A stretch of DNA of 64,000 nucleotides from a bacterium (GCA_030648255.1 JAUSHZ010000007.1:24404-88403), one strand, 5' to 3'; positions 1 to 9,337 are shown, counted from the stretch's first letter. Numbers and translations: made by a program. The notes: generated by a model from the letters alone, not told the origin.

Positions 1-617
1 TCCTCTGGTGTAATAACGCCATTTGTTTCAACCTCTAAAATCACTTTGTCAAAGTCAGTCCTTTTCCCAACCCGCATATTTTCAACTGTAGAGTTTACCT
101 TTCTCACTGGGGTAAAAATTGCATCCATTGGAAAAACTCCAACTTCAGACTTTCCACCTTCTCTTTTTTCTAAGGGTTGATAGCCAATGCCTTTTTCAAC
201 AACTGCGTCAATCTCTAATTCAGAAGTTGACTTTGTTAATGTGGCAATATGAGCCTCTGGATTTGCTAACTTTAATTGAGCAGTGAGCTTAAAGTCTTTT
301 GCCTTTACGTCTTTTTCACCTTTAATTTTTAAAGTTATTGTTTGAGGTTCGTCGCTGTAATTCTTAAAATTCAATTTTTTAAGGTTTAAAATAATCATTA
401 TCACATCTTCCATAACACCGCTTATTGCTGAAAACTCGTGAGGAGCTCCTTTTATTTTAACTTGAGTAATAGCTGCCCCCTCCAAAGAAGAAAGCAAAAC
501 TCTTCTCATAGCGTTTCCAATAGTAACTCCATAGCCGGGATAAAGGCCTTCTATTTCAAAAAAAGCGGTATTTCCTTCCTGAGTGCTTATTTTTGGTTTT
601 GATGGTAATGGAATCAT
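1..617 (-). CDS. rpoA: DNA-directed RNA polymerase alpha subunit, N-terminal part; 3' end cut by window edge
   Basis: rc translation starts MIPLPSKPKISTQEGNTAFFEIEGLYPGYGVTIGNAMRRVLLSSLEG; follows rpsD as in alpha operon. Confidence 0.9.
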   Translation of the reverse strand, partial: MIPLPSKPKISTQEGNTAFFEIEGLYPGYGVTIGNAMRRVLLSSLEGAAITQVKIKGAPHEFSAISGVMEDVIMIILNLKKLNFKNYSDEPQTITLKIKGEKDVKAKDFKLTAQLKLANPEAHIATLTKSTSELEIDAVVEKGIGYQPLEKREGGKSEVGVFPMDAIFTPVRKVNSTVENMRVGKRTDFDKVILEVETNGVITPE

Positions 618-641
618 ATAGTTTTTAATTTAATTATTTTT

Positions 642-1277
642 TTAGCGAGAATAGAACTCAAAAATAGATGAAATATCAATATTATTAACGTCTTCTGCTG
701 TGGGCTCGGCCATAATTTTACCTTCCATTTTTTCTTTATCTAAATCCAGCCATTTTGGCTGTTGATAATTTTTTAAGGCAGAAGAAAGATTCTTAAAAAT
801 CACTTTTCCTTTTTTATTCTCCTTAAAAGAAATGGCTAATCCTTTTTTAGTAGCAAAAGATGATATATTAACTGGTTTTCCATTTACTAAAAAATAACCA
901 TGAGAAACCATCTGCTTTGCCTCTCTCCTTGATTTAGCAAAACCTAATCTAAAAACAACATTGTCTAGCCGTCTTTCCAATTCTTTTAACAAAAACAGGG
1001 TAGCATCGCCTCCTTGCCCTCTTTTTTTCAAAACAAATTTAACATGGTTTCTAAACTGGCGCTCTCCCAAACCATAGTAGTTTCTTAATTTTTGTTTTTC
1101 TTTTAATTGTTTCGCAAACTCCGAAAAAGAGCCGCTTCTTCTTTTCTTTTTAGGGCCTGGGGCATATGGCCTTCTAATAAAAGGGCAGGTGGGGGAAAAG
1201 CATTTCTCCCCCTTTAAAAAAGTTTTTTGGCCTAATCGCCTGCAAACCTTGCAATTTGTGATAGTTTTTTTCTGCAT
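642..1277 (-). CDS. rpsD: 30S ribosomal protein S4 (zinc-ribbon form)
   Basis: ORF track 211 aa; CxxC..CxxC N-term, S4 motifs; operon position. Confidence 0.93.
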   Translation of the reverse strand: MQKKTITNCKVCRRLGQKTFLKGEKCFSPTCPFIRRPYAPGPKKKRRSGSFSEFAKQLKEKQKLRNYYGLGERQFRNHVKFVLKKRGQGGDATLFLLKELERRLDNVVFRLGFAKSRREAKQMVSHGYFLVNGKPVNISSFATKKGLAISFKENKKGKVIFKNLSSALKNYQQPKWLDLDKEKMEGKIMAEPTAEDVNNIDISSIFEFYSR

Positions 1278-1489
1278 GTTAGAAGCTGTGTGAATTTTTA
1301 AATTTAATGATTTAAAAATTCATTACAGATTCTTACACCCCGTTAAGTGCGAGCGATGAGCGAGCTACTTAACTGGGGTTTGTTTGTATTCTTATCCACC
1401 CCAGTGAAGTAAAATTTGAGTACAAATTCACTTCACGGGGTTAAGCGATTGTATTTGTTCAGCCTCGGCTTCGGCTTCGCAAACAATCG
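1278..1489 (-). repeat. intercistronic structured repeat, copy rpsK|rpsD (leader Y', core A, tail R4)
   Basis: 13-bp hairpin tgaatttttaaat/atttaaaaattca; two CCCC..GGGG hairpins; 9-bp IR agcgattgt/acaatcgct at rpsK TAG. Confidence 0.9.
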
Positions 1490-1945
1490 CTAAACCCTTC
1501 TTGGTTTTCTTGGCCGACAGCCATTATGAGGAATTGGCGTTACGTCTCTTATTGATTCTATCTCCAAGCCTTGAGCGGCAATAGTTTTTAAAGCTGAATC
1601 TCTTCCGCCTCCAACCCCCTTAACAAAAACAGCAACTTCTTTAATTTTAAATTGTTCGCAAGCTAAAGCTACCGCTTGGGCAACTTTAGAGGCGGCAAAA
1701 GAAGTGCCTTTCTTTGTGCCCTTAAACCCAACATTTCCAGCAGACCTCCAAAATAAGACATTTCCTTTTTCATCAGCCAAGCTGACAATAGTATTGTTAT
1801 AGGTTGAAGAAATATAAATTCTGCCCTTTCTAAAAGAAGTTCTGGTAGAAGCAACATTCAAATCTTTTCCTAATTTCTTTTCAACTTTATCTGTTTCTTC
1901 AATAAGCTCTTTTTCTGTTTTTTGTATTACTCTTTTCTTTCCCAT
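1490..1945 (-). CDS. rpsK: 30S ribosomal protein S11
   Basis: MGKKRVIQK... S11 core; start placed at ATG directly after repeat (track's 12-aa prefix is repeat read-through). Confidence 0.92.
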   Translation of the reverse strand: MGKKRVIQKTEKELIEETDKVEKKLGKDLNVASTRTSFRKGRIYISSTYNNTIVSLADEKGNVLFWRSAGNVGFKGTKKGTSFAASKVAQAVALACEQFKIKEVAVFVKGVGGGRDSALKTIAAQGLEIESIRDVTPIPHNGCRPRKPRRV

Positions 1946-2136
1946 GTTAGTATTCGTTAATGAATGAAGTGGCTTTGCCACGAATGAATTTACGAAGACT
2001 TACACCCTGTGGAGTAGAAATTTGCTCTGCAAATTTCTGTTTTAAATTTTTAGTAAAAAATTTAAAACTACTCCACGGGGTAAATTCGTCGTAAGCTCTG
2101 GCTTCGCCTGCTGGCTTTCCCTCGCTAACGGCTCAT
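1946..2136 (-). repeat. repeat copy rpsM|rpsK (leader W, core B, tail R3)
   Basis: gtggc-ttt-gccac; ccctgtggagtag..ctactccacgggg with two inner hairpins. Confidence 0.9.
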
Positions 2137-2526
2137 TTACTTTGGCCCTGGGGCTGTTTTTCTTCCAGAACTTACAGTTCTCTTAACATTGCCCCTTACA
2201 GTTCTTGAATTCTTTTTTGTTTTTTGCCCTCTAACAGTCAAGCCCTTTATGTGCCTGGTTCCTCGCCAACACTTAATCTCTTTTAATCTTTTAATATGGG
2301 CCACGTGCTCTCTTCTTAAGTCTCCTTCAATCTTATAACTTGCATCAATAACCTCTTTTATCTTCATTGCTTCTTGCTCGGTTAAATCTTTAGCTTTTTT
2401 CTGTGGCTCTATGTTGCATTGCTTTAAAATTCTTAAAGCCAATGGCCTGCCAATGCCAAAAACATAAGTCAAAGAAATGGCTATTTGTTTATTATCTGGA
2501 ATTGTGATGCTTGCTATTCGTGGCAT
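2137..2526 (-). CDS. rpsM: 30S ribosomal protein S13
   Basis: MPRIASITIPDNKQ... S13; start at ATG after ...tctaac of repeat. Confidence 0.92.
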   Translation of the reverse strand: MPRIASITIPDNKQIAISLTYVFGIGRPLALRILKQCNIEPQKKAKDLTEQEAMKIKEVIDASYKIEGDLRREHVAHIKRLKEIKCWRGTRHIKGLTVRGQKTKKNSRTVRGNVKRTVSSGRKTAPGPK

Positions 2527-2751
2527 GTTAGAAGCTGTGTGAATTTTCAAATTTAATGATTTGAAAATTCATTACAGATTCTTACACCCCGTTAAGTGCG
2601 AGCGATTAGCAAGCTACTTAACTGGGGTTTGTTTATATTTCTATCCACACCCCAGTGAAGTAGAATTTAATTTCATTAAATTCACTTCACGGGGTAAATT
2701 CCGCCAACCGCTCAAACTTCGGCTCATCGCCTCGTTTTCGCGGGGCGTCAT
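2527..2751 (-). repeat. repeat copy rpmJ|rpsM (Y, A, R2)
   Basis: near-identical to 2869-3085. Confidence 0.9.
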
Positions 2752-2868
2752 TTATGCGCCTTGGCGCTGTTTGTGTTTTGGAGTTTTGCAAATAACATAA
2801 ACCCTCCCCTTTCTTCTGGCGATTTTACAATCCTTACATAATTTTTTTACTGATGGTTTAACCTTCAT
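2752..2868 (-). CDS. rpmJ: 50S ribosomal protein L36
   Basis: rc gives [38 protein letters not shown] (38 aa, CxxC..C..H); absent from ORF track (<60 aa). Confidence 0.9.
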   Translation of the reverse strand: MKVKPSVKKLCKDCKIARRKGRVYVICKTPKHKQRQGA

Positions 2869-3085
2869 GTTAGAAGCTGTGTGAATTTTTAAATTTAATG
2901 ATTTGAAAATTCATTACAGATTCTTACACCCCGTTAAGTGCGAGCGATTAGCAAGCTACTTAACTGGGGTTTGTTTGTATTTCTATCCACACCCCAGTGA
3001 AGTAGAATTTGAGTACAAATTCACTTCACGGGGTAAATTCCGCTTGCCAATCGCGCTTCGCCTGCTGGCTCGCACTCTTGGAGCG
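2869..3085 (-). repeat. repeat copy infA|rpmJ (Y, A, R1)
   Basis: as above; tail ..ggagcgtcattta abuts infA TGA. Confidence 0.9.
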
Positions 3086-3304
3086 TCATTTAAGTCTATA
3101 AACTATTCTGCCTCTTTTATCATCAATAGAGGCCATTTCAACCAACACCTTATCGCCCAACAAAATTTTTATGCGATTAATTCTAAGCTTCCCGGCCAAA
3201 TGCGCCAAAACCTCGTTTCCATTTTCCAATTGAATTTTAAATAAAAGACTAGGCAAAGCCTCTACAACTTGGCCTCTTTCTCTTATTGTATTAATTTGTT
3301 TCAT
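3086..3304 (-). CDS. infA: translation initiation factor IF-1
   Basis: 72 aa S1-like fold, MKQINTIRERGQVVEALP... Confidence 0.9.
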   Translation of the reverse strand: MKQINTIRERGQVVEALPSLLFKIQLENGNEVLAHLAGKLRINRIKILLGDKVLVEMASIDDKRGRIVYRLK

Positions 3305-3358
3305 CTCGTTACGATTGTCTAAAATAGCAAATTATTCAAAAAAGGTCAACCCCTTTGG

Positions 3359-4738
3359 CTAGAAAACCATTTCTATCTTTATCTTATCTAGGCTTTTTGG
3401 CGCTCTTTTTATCCAAAAAGGCCAAAATTGCGTGTCCAGTCGTTCAATTTGGGGGTAGCTATTATTCAATAAAATCTCCATATCTTCTTTAGATTTTCCA
3501 GCTAAATCCGCAATTAAGGCTGTTTGGTCAATATCATTATAAAGCTTGGCATCTGTTTTTAAATTAAAAATCAAACTCCCTTTTTCCGTAATGCTGCCTT
3601 TTGGAACTACGCTTGTCGCTAAGCTTTGTTCGTATAATTTCTTTGAAGAAGATAGTTTTGTATCAATAAAGCTTTTGGCCATATCCTGCAAATCTGATCC
3701 CTTAAAAACAATTGTCTTAGCTTTTATTTTTGCATAACAATTAAATTCAGCGAGGTTGGCGCCAACAGCTTGAGAACAAGAGAACTCGGGCTCGCCATAG
3801 TCAACTGATTCTTGGTTAAAAGAAAATCCAGCGGTTGTTTGCTCCTTCAAGCCCGAAACAGCCATTTTTTTTAACTCCCTAATCAAGCTTTCTTGAGCAT
3901 TATCCATATCTCCTTGAGTTACTTGATCAACTTCTTTCTGACCCCCGCCGTCAATTTTTTCTCTTGATTCACCCCAAACATTATAGTATAAAGCTGTTCC
4001 TGTTAATCCTGGAATAGAAAACTTAGCAGGGGCTATATTATATTCCTCTCCCTCCTGATCAGCGACAACCTGAACCTCTGTAATGCTTGGGGTTAATTTT
4101 CCATTAAACAATGTGGCTTGGGGCAAAGAAATCTTATTTTTTGCCCGATAAACCTTTCCATCTTTTGATGATATAAATCTTGTTCCTGCTTTTAAGTTTA
4201 AGGGCATTGGGGGATTAATATTATTGTAAACAAATATAGCGCCCGTTGCCCCAGATTGTTCTGTTTCTTTTCCAGTTGACTTAAATGTTTCCCATTTCTC
4301 TACTTCTTTTTCAATTACATTTCCGGGAATAATCTTTTTTTCAAAATCGATTTGCGCTTGAGAAAAAGAAACTTGAATCTCGTCTTTAATTGTAATTGGC
4401 TCTAATAGCGGTTTCACGCTTATTTCTGCTTTTGCCTGCATCGTTAAATATAAAAAGGCTCCCCCTAAAAGCAAAATGGCTACACCAATAACTATGGGAA
4501 TTTTTAGAGCAAGTCTTGGTAAAGTAAAAGAAACTCGAATTTCTTTTTTTCCCTTGCCACGTCGGAGTTCCGCAGGAACGGAGGCGGGTCTTTCTTTTTT
4601 CACCTCCCCCTTCTTCATCCCCTTTCTTGTAGGTGATTTTTTTTGAGGCTTAGTTGAAGCTAAAACAATTGGAAATTGTTCCTCTGTTTCTTCTGCTTCT
4701 TCCTCATCTGGATTTGTTATATCAATAATTTGCTTCAT
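3359..4738 (-). CDS. hypothetical membrane-anchored protein (acidic/basic N-term, single TM, large extracytoplasmic domain)
   Basis: 459-aa ORF; one hydrophobic helix IPIVIGVAILLLGGAFLYL; no recognisable family. Confidence 0.55.
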   Translation of the reverse strand: MKQIIDITNPDEEEAEETEEQFPIVLASTKPQKKSPTRKGMKKGEVKKERPASVPAELRRGKGKKEIRVSFTLPRLALKIPIVIGVAILLLGGAFLYLTMQAKAEISVKPLLEPITIKDEIQVSFSQAQIDFEKKIIPGNVIEKEVEKWETFKSTGKETEQSGATGAIFVYNNINPPMPLNLKAGTRFISSKDGKVYRAKNKISLPQATLFNGKLTPSITEVQVVADQEGEEYNIAPAKFSIPGLTGTALYYNVWGESREKIDGGGQKEVDQVTQGDMDNAQESLIRELKKMAVSGLKEQTTAGFSFNQESVDYGEPEFSCSQAVGANLAEFNCYAKIKAKTIVFKGSDLQDMAKSFIDTKLSSSKKLYEQSLATSVVPKGSITEKGSLIFNLKTDAKLYNDIDQTALIADLAGKSKEDMEILLNNSYPQIERLDTQFWPFWIKRAPKSLDKIKIEMVF

Positions 4739-4866
4739 GTTAGAAATTCTTAATTGAGTGGCGAATTTATGAGCCGTGAAATTTAGAAGTTTTTAGTCCT
4801 CCGTAAATTCAAACTTCGCCTACTGACTCGTTTTCATTAACGGATTACTTATTCTACCACAAAAAT
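4739..4866 (-). repeat. degenerate repeat copy alaS|hypothetical (leader X + tail R3; central hairpin missing)
   Basis: gttagaaattcttaattgagtggcgaatttatgagccgtgaaatttagaa..gtcctccgtaa..attaacggattacttat. Confidence 0.8.
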
Positions 4867-6615
4867 TTACTGCTGCAAAATCGCTTTAATTCGCCGAACG
4901 CCAGCTGAACTGGCTTCTTCTTTAATAATTTTAAATACGCCCAAAGTTTTGGTATTTTCAACATGAGGACCAGCGCAAATTTCTTTAGAGAACTCTCCTG
5001 CGGAATAAACTTTCACTTTTTCTGGATACTTGTGGCCAAAAACTCCTGTGGCCCCTTCATCAAATGCTTTTTGAGTTTCCATTTCACGGCAAACAACAGG
5101 CAACTCCTTTTTTATTTGCTCGTTAACTAAGTCCTCCACTTTTTTTATTTCTTCTGGGGTTAATTTTCTTTCAAAAGAAAAATCAAACCTTATTCTTTCA
5201 GAAGTAATATTGCTACCTTTTTGCTGAACATCCCCTCCCAAAACTTGCCTTAAAGCAGCCAGCATTAAATGAGTGGCTGTGTGGTATTTTGTGGTTTGTT
5301 CAGAATCATCAGCTAAGCCGGATTTAAACTGCCCAGCACTGGCTGTTCTAGACAACTCTTGATGCTTTTTTAATTCCTCTTGAAAACCTTTTTCGTCAAT
5401 TTCCTTGTCTTTCTCCTTGGCAATCTCTCTTGTTATTTCTAAAGGAAATCCGTAAGTTTGATAAAGATTAAAAACCTCTTCCCCAGAAATAATTGGCATA
5501 TTTATTTTTTCAAATTCTTTTAATCCCCTGTCTAAACAAGTTAAAAATCTTTCTTCTTCTTTTTGTAGTTCATTTAAAATAAACTCCTGATTTTCTTTCA
5601 GTTCTGGGTAAACATTTTCATACATAGCAATAATAACTTTAGCAATCTCGCCCGTAAAAGCGCTCTCAATACCCAACAGCTTGCCGTATCTTATTGCCCG
5701 CCTTATTAATCTCCGCAACACATATCCTCTTTCTGTGTTTGACGGAACAAGCCCATCGGCTAATATAAAAACGCTGGCTTTTATATGGTCTGCAATAATG
5801 CGAAAAGATTTTGTATTTTCCTCATATTGCTTTCCCGAAATTTCTGAAATTCTATTTATTATCGGAGTAAACAGCTCTGTTTCATAAACATTACTTTTTC
5901 CTTGCAAAACCATTGTAGTTCTCTCCAGGCCCATGCCAGTGTCCACATTTTTCTGCGATAATTCTTCAAACTTTCCGTCTGCAGTTTTGTTATACTGCAT
6001 AAAAACATTGTTCCAAATCTCCACCCATTTTTTATCGCTTGGGTCAAATTTTTCAGGAACTTCCCCCTCTCCAACCCAATAAAACATTTCTGTGTCTGGG
6101 CCGCAGGGCCCTGTACTTCCTGCTGGGCCCCACCAATTATCCTCACGGCCCAAATAAGCAATCCGCTCTGGCTTAACCCCCAAACCTTGCCAAAGATTAA
6201 AGGCCCCCTCGTCTTTTGGTATATTATTTTCTGTTTCACCTTCAAAAACCGTAAAAGCTAACTTTTCCAAAGGAATATTTAATTCTTTAGTTAAAAATTC
6301 AAAGCTCCATTCAATGGCCTCTTTTTTAAAATAATCCCCCAAACTCCAATTACCAAGCATTTCAAAAAATGTTCCATGGGTGTTGTCCCCCACATCATCA
6401 ATATCACCCGTTCTAATACATTTTTGGCTATTGCAAAGCCGTTTACCTAGGGGATGGTTTTCCCCAAGCAAATAAGGCACCAATGGGTGCATACCTGCTG
6501 TGGTAAATAAAACTGTTGGGTCGTTTTCTGGAATTAAAGGGGCAGATGGTATTCTTTTGTGTCCCTTGTTCTCAAAAAACTTTAAATATTTTTCTCGTAT
6601 TTCTTTAGCTGTCAT
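4867..6615 (-). CDS. alaS: alanine--tRNA ligase, short form (catalytic plus editing-like region, no C-terminal domain)
   Basis: MTAKEIREKYLKFFENKGHKRIPSAPLIPENDPTVLFTTAGMHPL...; HTATHLM motif. Confidence 0.85.
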   Translation of the reverse strand: MTAKEIREKYLKFFENKGHKRIPSAPLIPENDPTVLFTTAGMHPLVPYLLGENHPLGKRLCNSQKCIRTGDIDDVGDNTHGTFFEMLGNWSLGDYFKKEAIEWSFEFLTKELNIPLEKLAFTVFEGETENNIPKDEGAFNLWQGLGVKPERIAYLGREDNWWGPAGSTGPCGPDTEMFYWVGEGEVPEKFDPSDKKWVEIWNNVFMQYNKTADGKFEELSQKNVDTGMGLERTTMVLQGKSNVYETELFTPIINRISEISGKQYEENTKSFRIIADHIKASVFILADGLVPSNTERGYVLRRLIRRAIRYGKLLGIESAFTGEIAKVIIAMYENVYPELKENQEFILNELQKEEERFLTCLDRGLKEFEKINMPIISGEEVFNLYQTYGFPLEITREIAKEKDKEIDEKGFQEELKKHQELSRTASAGQFKSGLADDSEQTTKYHTATHLMLAALRQVLGGDVQQKGSNITSERIRFDFSFERKLTPEEIKKVEDLVNEQIKKELPVVCREMETQKAFDEGATGVFGHKYPEKVKVYSAGEFSKEICAGPHVENTKTLGVFKIIKEEASSAGVRRIKAILQQ

Positions 6616-6621
6616 ATATTT

Positions 6622-7377
6622 CTAAATATTTTTTACCATAGCAGTAAATTCTTTTATATTCAATGAAGCGCCACCAACTAAGAGGCCATCAATTGCTTCA
6701 TTTTCTAAATATTTATTTGCGTTGTCTGACCCAACGCTTCCACCGTATAAAACTCTTACTTTCTCTTTGGCTTTTCTGCCGTAAATTTCAGCTATTAATT
6801 TTTTTATATATAAAGCCATTGTTAAGGCGTCGTCGGGAGCACAGGTTAATCCTTGGTTTGTGCTAATTGCCCACAAGGGCTCATAGGCTATAACAAGCTC
6901 TCCTACTTGTTGTTTTTTAATAGCTTTTAAGCTTTCCCTTAGCTTTTTCTCAACAATTTGAAATGTTTTGCTTTGGTTTCTTTCTTCTAATGTCTCGCCA
7001 ATGCAAACAACTGGTGTTAAACCCGTGCTTAACACGGCTTTTACTTTTTTGGCAGTCATCTCATTTGTTTCTCCCATTACCATTACTCTTTCAGAATGAC
7101 CTAAAATAACATACTTAACTCCTAAATTTTTTAGCATTGTTGGCGAAACCTCGCCCGTGAATGCTCCTTGATTTTCCCAAAAACAATCTTGCGATCCAAT
7201 TTTTACTGCCCCAACTCCAAAAACTTTTTTTGCCTCTGCTAAATAAACAAAGGGGGGGCAAACCACAACTTCTATTTTATTGTTTTTTATCCCCGCTCTC
7301 AATCCAACCATCATCTTTTGCGCCTCTTTTAGGGTTGTTGGATTACACTTCCAATTTGCAATAATTAGCTTTTTCAT
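6622..7377 (-). CDS. tpiA: triose-phosphate isomerase
   Basis: IANWKCN, GHSERV, VCIGETLEER motifs. Confidence 0.9.
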   Translation of the reverse strand: MKKLIIANWKCNPTTLKEAQKMMVGLRAGIKNNKIEVVVCPPFVYLAEAKKVFGVGAVKIGSQDCFWENQGAFTGEVSPTMLKNLGVKYVILGHSERVMVMGETNEMTAKKVKAVLSTGLTPVVCIGETLEERNQSKTFQIVEKKLRESLKAIKKQQVGELVIAYEPLWAISTNQGLTCAPDDALTMALYIKKLIAEIYGRKAKEKVRVLYGGSVGSDNANKYLENEAIDGLLVGGASLNIKEFTAMVKNI

Positions 7378-7381
7378 AGAT

Positions 7382-8368
7382 TTAAATCTTTATCTTTCTT
7401 AAATATTCAGCGGCTTTTTCTGGAGGCATTGTTATTATTTCAATGCCACTTCCCAGCTCAAAGCCAGCCCACACAGAAATGCGGGGCATAATAGTGAAAT
7501 GCCAATGGAAAAAAGAGTACTCTTTGTCATCGCACGGGCTTGTGTGTAAATAAAAATTATAATCTGGAAACTCCAAACCATAACCAATCTTTTTTAAAAC
7601 CTCGCCAAAAATTTGGGCTAAATCGCTTTTTTCTTCTTTGGTTATTTTTTCAAAATAAGGCAAGTGGTTTTTTGGAGATATAACAACTTCAAAATTCACT
7701 TTTGAAGCAAAAGGACAAATGGCTAAAAAATTGCTGTTTTCAAAAACAATTCTTGTTTGAACTGATTTTTCCGCCCTATTTGTAGCGCAAAAAAGGCACT
7801 GGCTTTTTTCTTTAAAAAACTCGCGAGAGGAATTTAAAGAGATAGACAAGTCTTTATCAAAAAATGGAATAGCAATAATTTGAGAATGCGGGTGAATTAA
7901 AGAAGCCCCGGCCATCTTGCCATGATTGTGGAAAATAGAAACATAGTTAACAATTTTTTCTTTTGATAGTTCAGTGTATCTTTGCTGGTAAATGCCAAGC
8001 AATTCTTCCCAATCTATTTGAGAAAAATCAGTTAATTGCTTTGAGTGGTCATTAAAAACCACAACTTCATGAAAGCCATTTGAAGGCAATCTTTGGAACA
8101 AAGCGTTGTCAGTTTTTAGTAAATTATTTTTCTGTGGAAAAAATGCGGGAAACTTATTGGGTATTACTACAAAATTTTTATCCCTGAATTTTTCCTGCGC
8201 AAAATAATCACAAAAAGCGCAAGGCATGTTGTCTATCGCCTCGTCTGTTTTTTTCTTTTTAAAATCCTCTGGTCTCTTACCCCTCCCCTCTGCCACCACC
8301 ACCCAATCCTTGTTAATAATGTCGTATCTCAACTCGGATTTTGATTTTACTACTTTTTTGAAAAACAT
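7382..8368 (-). CDS. galactose-1-phosphate uridylyltransferase-like HIT-family protein
   Basis: CAFCDY.. zinc site, HNHGKMAGASLIHPHSQ His-triad. Confidence 0.7.
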   Translation of the reverse strand: MFFKKVVKSKSELRYDIINKDWVVVAEGRGKRPEDFKKKKTDEAIDNMPCAFCDYFAQEKFRDKNFVVIPNKFPAFFPQKNNLLKTDNALFQRLPSNGFHEVVVFNDHSKQLTDFSQIDWEELLGIYQQRYTELSKEKIVNYVSIFHNHGKMAGASLIHPHSQIIAIPFFDKDLSISLNSSREFFKEKSQCLFCATNRAEKSVQTRIVFENSNFLAICPFASKVNFEVVISPKNHLPYFEKITKEEKSDLAQIFGEVLKKIGYGLEFPDYNFYLHTSPCDDKEYSFFHWHFTIMPRISVWAGFELGSGIEIITMPPEKAAEYLRKIKI

Positions 8369-8395
8369 ATTTACTTATTATAGCAAAATCTTTAA
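8369..8395 (-). promoter_or_regulatory. sigma70-like promoter giving near-leaderless galT-like/tpiA/alaS mRNA
   Basis: TATAAT (rc of 8377-8382) only 8 nt before ATG; TTGTTT ~15 nt upstream. Confidence 0.4.
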
Positions 8396-8401
8396 ATAAA
8401 C

Positions 8402-8428
8402 AAAAAGGCAGGGTTAAATTCCCCCGCC
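8402..8428 (-). terminator. rho-independent terminator after small basic ORF (adk-map unit)
   Basis: minus: ggcggggg-aatttaa-ccctgcc + UUUUUGUUUAUUU. Confidence 0.6.
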
Positions 8429-8438
8429 AAATCATAGA

Positions 8439-8573
8439 TCAAAAGTCCTGATTTGCTCTTGATTCCATAATTTCTTTGGATCTATCAATCATGCGAATCC
8501 TCTCCAGATATTTTTTAAGTAAACGCTCACGACATGTCTCTCTTTTTTTTAAAGTTCTTCTTCTTTTGTTCAT
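8439..8573 (-). CDS. small highly basic protein (44 aa) with canonical SD
   Basis: AAGGAGG 7 nt upstream of ATG; MNKRRRTLKKRETCRERLLKKYLERIRMIDRSKEIMESRANQDF. Confidence 0.5.
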   Translation of the reverse strand: MNKRRRTLKKRETCRERLLKKYLERIRMIDRSKEIMESRANQDF

Positions 8574-8584
8574 TTGAAACCTCC

Positions 8585-9337
8585 TTATTTTGTAAGAATT
8601 TCTGCTCCTTTTCTTGTAATGGCTATGGTGTGCTCGAAATGGCAAGATAGGGAGCCGTCGGCTGTTTTATAGCCGAAGCCGTCATTAGCTTTTCTTAATT
8701 TCCAATTACCCATTGTTACCATTGGCTCAAGGCAAAAAACCATGCCAACCTCAATCTTTTCACCAGAGTTTCGCTTGCCATAGTTAGAAATTTTTGGGTC
8801 TTCATGCAATGCCTTGCCAATACCATGCCCGCACAAATCCCTAACCACATTAAACCCTTGGTATTCAACAAACCTTTGCACAATATTGCCAATATCTCCA
8901 AAAGTATTACCCGGCCTTGCTTTAGCAATGGCTAGTTTCAACGCTTTTTGCGTGGCTTTAATAAGCCGAATCTTTTCCGAATCCTCTGCTTCAGGCTTGC
9001 CCACCAGAGTAGAAAAAGCGTAATCAGAAAAATAATCTTGATATTTAATTCCTAAATCCAAACAAAGCAAATCGCCCTGCTTTAGAATATAACCATCGGG
9101 CACCCCATGCACCACCATATCATTAATAGAAATACAAGAAACACAAGGAAATCCTTCGTAATCTTTAAAGGCTGGTTCGGCCCTATATTCTAAAATAAGA
9201 TTTTCACACGCTCTGTCTAATTCTTTAGAAATAATGCCCGGAGCTATCATTGGCTTTATTTTTTCAATAATTTCAGCCAAAATTTTTCCAGCCTCTCGCA
9301 TTATTTTTATCTCATTTTCTGTTTTAATAATTATCAT
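8585..9337 (-). CDS. map: methionine aminopeptidase type I
   Basis: 250 aa, metal ligands D..D..H..E..E pattern. Confidence 0.9.
   Translation of the reverse strand: MIIIKTENEIKIMREAGKILAEIIEKIKPMIAPGIISKELDRACENLILEYRAEPAFKDYEGFPCVSCISINDMVVHGVPDGYILKQGDLLCLDLGIKYQDYFSDYAFSTLVGKPEAEDSEKIRLIKATQKALKLAIAKARPGNTFGDIGNIVQRFVEYQGFNVVRDLCGHGIGKALHEDPKISNYGKRNSGEKIEVGMVFCLEPMVTMGNWKLRKANDGFGYKTADGSLSCHFEHTIAITRKGAEILTK

Noticed and set aside
1278-1489. Self-splicing intron interpretation of the repeats
   Set aside because: They are too short, have no catalytic-core motifs, sit between and not within ORFs, and their boundaries coincide with stop and start codons.
2527-2550. Identical N-terminal peptides ([18 protein letters not shown] and variants) shared by S13, L16, L6, S8, L24, L22, S11 in the ORF track, which look like a common signal or leader peptide
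   Set aside because: They are the reverse-complement of the repeat leader (ttgaaaattcacacagcttctaacATG) read from an upstream TTG. The real starts are the ATG right after ..ctaac, giving canonical ribosomal protein N-termini.
3040-3090. Possible 22-aa micro-ORF (MTLQECEPAGEARLASGIYPVE) starting at the ATG inside the TAAATGACGC tail motif
   Set aside because: Indels among copies (e.g. 18540–18570) shift the frame, so no conserved reading frame exists.
2561-3244. Plus-strand ORFs 2561–2800, 2903–3244, 15940–16392, 17528–17836 and similar inside or opposite repeat copies and ribosomal genes
   Set aside because: They are antisense to ribosomal protein genes or lie wholly within repeat sequence, and lack starts with ribosome-binding context.
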